This document shows positions 32,523-34,620 of a stretch of 34,620 bases of DNA, piece by piece. The position numbers were made by a program, and so were the translations under genes. The DNA comes from Candidatus Zambryskiibacteriota bacterium (GTDB taxonomy: Bacteria; Patescibacteriota; Minisyncoccia; Phycocordibacterales; DATGWK01), in the NCBI GenBank assembly GCA_023264565.1, contig JAHFLV010000004.1, forward strand, positions 13,408 through 48,027. The letters are read 5' to 3'. The notes beneath the pieces were generated by a model. The model saw only the letters and a program-made list of their open reading frames with translations, was not told the DNA's origin and ran no database searches. Within the stretch, counting starts at the first letter, position 1. The number at the start of each line of letters is the position of its first letter.

Positions 32523-32825
32523 ATGAAAGCAGAAATTCACCCAACATATTTTCCAAAAGCGACCGTAGAATGCGCATGCGGCAACAAATTCACCGTTGGC
32601 TCTTCAAAAGAGTCTATTCGAGTTGAAATCTGCAGCAAATGCCATCCTTTTTACACAGGTCAGGAAAAGAGTCTCGACAGCGCCGGCCGAGTTGAAAAGT
32701 TCAAGAACCGCCGAGCTGCAGCCGCTCCAAAGGTCTCAAAGAAAAACGCAGAAGTCGTTTCTTCTACTCCAGAACAAACTCCATCTGATGCTTCAGCTTC
32801 AAACGCGCAGGAATCTGCAGCGTAA
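32523..32825 (+). CDS. rpmE: Ribosomal protein L31 (Zn-ribbon type) with a roughly 35-aa C-terminal extension
   Basis: MKAEIHPTY...CACGN...[11 protein letters not shown]...GRVEKF. Confidence 0.9.
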   Translation: MKAEIHPTYFPKATVECACGNKFTVGSSKESIRVEICSKCHPFYTGQEKSLDSAGRVEKFKNRRAAAAPKVSKKNAEVVSSTPEQTPSDASASNAQESAA

Positions 32826-33823
32826 TGAACCTCGATAGTTTTAAACAAAATTCCAAGACCTCGTTTCTTGCTGAACTTTACTCTAAGCTCGAAAAAGAAG
32901 AGGCAGAAGTAAAAAAGATGGCCGAATCCGACCCGTCTTTTGTCGAACTTTCTAAAGATGAACTCGAAAGCATTGTTGCTCAAAAAGAGTCACTCATGAC
33001 TCAAATGAAGGAAATTGTGGCCAAGGACTTTGCCGAAGAAGAATTTCCAAATGAAATCATTCTGGAAGTTCGCGCAGGTGCCGGTGGCGACGAAGCGGCC
33101 CTTTTTGCGGAAAAATTGGCTACTATGTACCGCCGATATGCCGAACGTCGCGGTTGGACTGCTCGAGTGTTGGAAGAGGCGAAAAATAGCCTTGGTGGCT
33201 ACAAAGAAGCTTCTTTTGAAATAAAAGGAAAGGGAGTCTACAAAGATTTACGATACGAATCCGGCGTGCATCGCATTCAGCGCGTTCCAGCGACCGAAAA
33301 GTCTGGACGAGTTCATACATCTACTGCGTCAGTAGCGATTTTGCCTATTCGCAAGAAAACCAAAATCGAAATCAATCCAGCGGACATCGAAATGGAATTT
33401 TCACGATCGGGCGGCGCTGGCGGTCAGAACGTCAACAAAGTCGAAACTGCGGTCCGCTTGATTCACAAACCAACTGGTATTGATGCAAAATGTACGTCTG
33501 AACGCAGTCAGTCTGCCAACCGTGAAAAGGCTATGCAGGTTTTGCAGGCTAAACTCGACGTCGCTCATCAGGAAGCTGAGGCAAAAAAACATTCAGCAGA
33601 GCGAAAGGATCTTGTCGGTACCGCTGACCGTTCTGAAAAAATCCGTACCTACAACATTTTGCAGGATCGAATTACCGACCATCGTTTGAAAGAGTCATGG
33701 CACAATATCGAAAATATTTTTGCCGGGGACATGGATGCGATTATTGAAAGCTTGCAGGAGCGAAGTGCTGGGAAGGGGATTTCTTCTGGTGAGGGAGGTG
33801 AGGTGGAAGGCGATAGCGAATAA
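32825..33823 (+). CDS. prfA: Peptide chain release factor 1
   Basis: PAT tripeptide ([14 protein letters not shown]) and GGQ motif ([17 protein letters not shown]). The start overlaps the rpmE stop (TAATG). Confidence 0.92.
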   Translation: MNLDSFKQNSKTSFLAELYSKLEKEEAEVKKMAESDPSFVELSKDELESIVAQKESLMTQMKEIVAKDFAEEEFPNEIILEVRAGAGGDEAALFAEKLATMYRRYAERRGWTARVLEEAKNSLGGYKEASFEIKGKGVYKDLRYESGVHRIQRVPATEKSGRVHTSTASVAILPIRKKTKIEINPADIEMEFSRSGGAGGQNVNKVETAVRLIHKPTGIDAKCTSERSQSANREKAMQVLQAKLDVAHQEAEAKKHSAERKDLVGTADRSEKIRTYNILQDRITDHRLKESWHNIENIFAGDMDAIIESLQERSAGKGISSGEGGEVEGDSE

Positions 33824-33836
33824 TTTTTAAAAAAGA

Positions 33837-33863
33837 AAGCCCCTTGATGTTATCTCGGGGCTT
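33837..33863. terminator. Hairpin between convergent prfA and the orphan ORF. The T-run is better on the minus strand.
   Basis: aagcccc-ttgatgttatctc-ggggctt. The minus strand continues with tcttttttaaaaa. Confidence 0.6.
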
Positions 33864-33875
33864 GTGATTTGAATC

Positions 33876-34223
33876 TCATTCTTGTTTTCGGGCTAAACCG
33901 TACGAAAGAAGTGCCTTGACGGCTCTGACTGCTGCGAGCACATCCTCTGCTGACTTGGGGACGTCGAGTGTCACGGATTGAATGTTGTATTGACCCCAAT
34001 GCGGTAGGAACTCAACTTGTACTCCTTCGATCTTGTATCGGCGAGGTAGTTTGTACCTATCGTCACGATCCTCACCGCGTTCCCAGGCTGTAACCGTGCC
34101 CAGTTTTGTGAGCATTTTGACTACCTCAACATTGCGTTTCCATGCCCGGGGGTTGCTGAGGTGGGGCTCTTTTGGCCACACGATCTTGTCCATGTCCCTG
34201 CCTGCGTCTGTCGGGTTTGCCAT
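33876..34223 (-). CDS. Hypothetical protein (115 aa), no family recognised
   Basis: AGGAGA (34235-34230) lies 6 nt upstream of ATG 34223, with a TGA stop. The gene has its own TTGACA promoter and terminator. Confidence 0.6.
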   Translation of the reverse strand: MANPTDAGRDMDKIVWPKEPHLSNPRAWKRNVEVVKMLTKLGTVTAWERGEDRDDRYKLPRRYKIEGVQVEFLPHWGQYNIQSVTLDVPKSAEDVLAAVRAVKALLSYGLARKQE

Positions 34224-34293
34224 CGTTGATCTCCTAAATTATGGGTGAGAGTGCAGATGAGGAAAGAGCGAGGTGCTCCAAACGTCTGAATAT

Positions 34294-34322
34294 AGAATAA
34301 AATAAAGTATTAGTTTTGTCAA
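34294..34322 (-). promoter_or_regulatory. Candidate promoter TTGACA, 17-nt spacer, TATTCT for ORF 34223..33876
   Basis: The minus strand reads ttgaca-aaactaatactttattt-tattct. Confidence 0.5.
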
Positions 34323-34390
34323 ATTTTATATTCCATATCCTGCACTCAAAATGACGACTTTGCTGCCTGTTTGCAAAAAACCACCCATTT

Positions 34391-34399
34391 TGTTAGACT
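34391..34399 (+). promoter_or_regulatory. Extended -10-like box TGTTAGACT upstream of rpsB
   Basis: tgttagact, about 37 nt upstream of ATG 34436. The short leader contains the hairpin gcgttt-tctaagg-aaacgc. Confidence 0.35.
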
Positions 34400-34435
34400 T
34401 CCCAAGCGTTTTCTAAGGAAACGCCTTTTAATTTA

Positions 34436-34620
34436 ATGACAACAGAAACTACAAAAAACAAAGATTCAGCTATCGTCACCGAGCTTTTTAAGGTCGGTGC
34501 ACATTTCGGTTTTGTTAAATCAAGGCGCCATCCTTCTACTAAGCCATTTATTTTCGGTGTTAAGAACCGTATCGAAATCTTCGACCTCGAAAAGACCATC
34601 AAGACTCTCGAAGTCGCGCT
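34436..34620 (+). CDS. rpsB: Ribosomal protein S2 (5' part; runs off the window end)
   Basis: My own translation is MTTETTKNKDSAIVTELFKVGAHFGFVKSRRHPSTKPFIFGVKNRIEIFDLEKTIKTLEVA, which matches the S2 N-terminal signature (GxHFGH..RRW.P.M..YIFG.RN...IIDL.KT). It has no stop in the window, so it is absent from the track. Confidence 0.85.
   Translation, partial: MTTETTKNKDSAIVTELFKVGAHFGFVKSRRHPSTKPFIFGVKNRIEIFDLEKTIKTLEVA

Noticed and set aside
34351-34416. 21-codon ORF (MTTLLPVCKKPPILLDFPSVF) upstream of rpsB
   Set aside because: It has no SD and no suitably placed -10 box, and it overlaps the putative rpsB promoter. It is probably fortuitous.

Overview
A 34.6-kb chromosomal segment made up mostly of housekeeping genes. 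In order: a response regulator (partial), uppP, RNase J, an orphan family-5 solute-binding protein, secG, groES-groEL, lemA-htpX and tRNA-Ser(GGA). Next come a 1177-aa secreted NHL-propeller/peptidoglycan-binding protein, an RRM RNA-binding protein, a DUF192 protein and class I ribonucleotide reductase nrdA-nrdB. A central-carbon cluster follows (gap, rpiB, rpe-like, split transketolase, PfkB kinase, class II aldolase, FAD-linked oxidase), then rplY, a coiled-coil lytic transglycosylase, rpmE-prfA and the start of rpsB. I found no rRNA, CRISPR array, transposase, integrase or phage genes. The gene content and style resemble a small-genome, CPR/Patescibacteria-like bacterium: split tkt, bacterial RRM protein, giant surface protein, Shine-Dalgarno (SD)-less core genes. 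That assignment is inference only. Main observations: (1) many core genes sit 6-8 nt downstream of a -35-less extended -10 box, five times the near-identical 9-mer TGATATAnT, and lack an SD, which suggests leaderless mRNAs. (2) Six self-contained cassettes (seven orphan ORFs) lie between the core operons. They use TTGAC-type (once TTGCAA) -35 boxes, 40-80 nt leaders and GGAG-containing SD sequences (AAGGAG(G) or AGGAG in four of the six cassettes, weaker GGA(G) cores for the two cassette-1 ORFs). All but the first also have their own terminator hairpin. They look more G+C-rich by eye and use TGA stops far more often than core genes. (3) A 151-bp element with perfect 28-bp inverted-repeat arms overlaps the secG promoter. 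(4) A roughly 100-nt multi-stem element with mutually exclusive pairings lies between lemA and htpX. (5) Two long terminator hairpins have unrelated stems but share a conserved 20-nt loop. (6) NrdB carries the class Ic (Phe-for-Tyr, Glu-for-Asp) signature, and the Rpe homolog has both metal-binding His residues replaced. All functional calls come from reading translated motifs. No database search was run.
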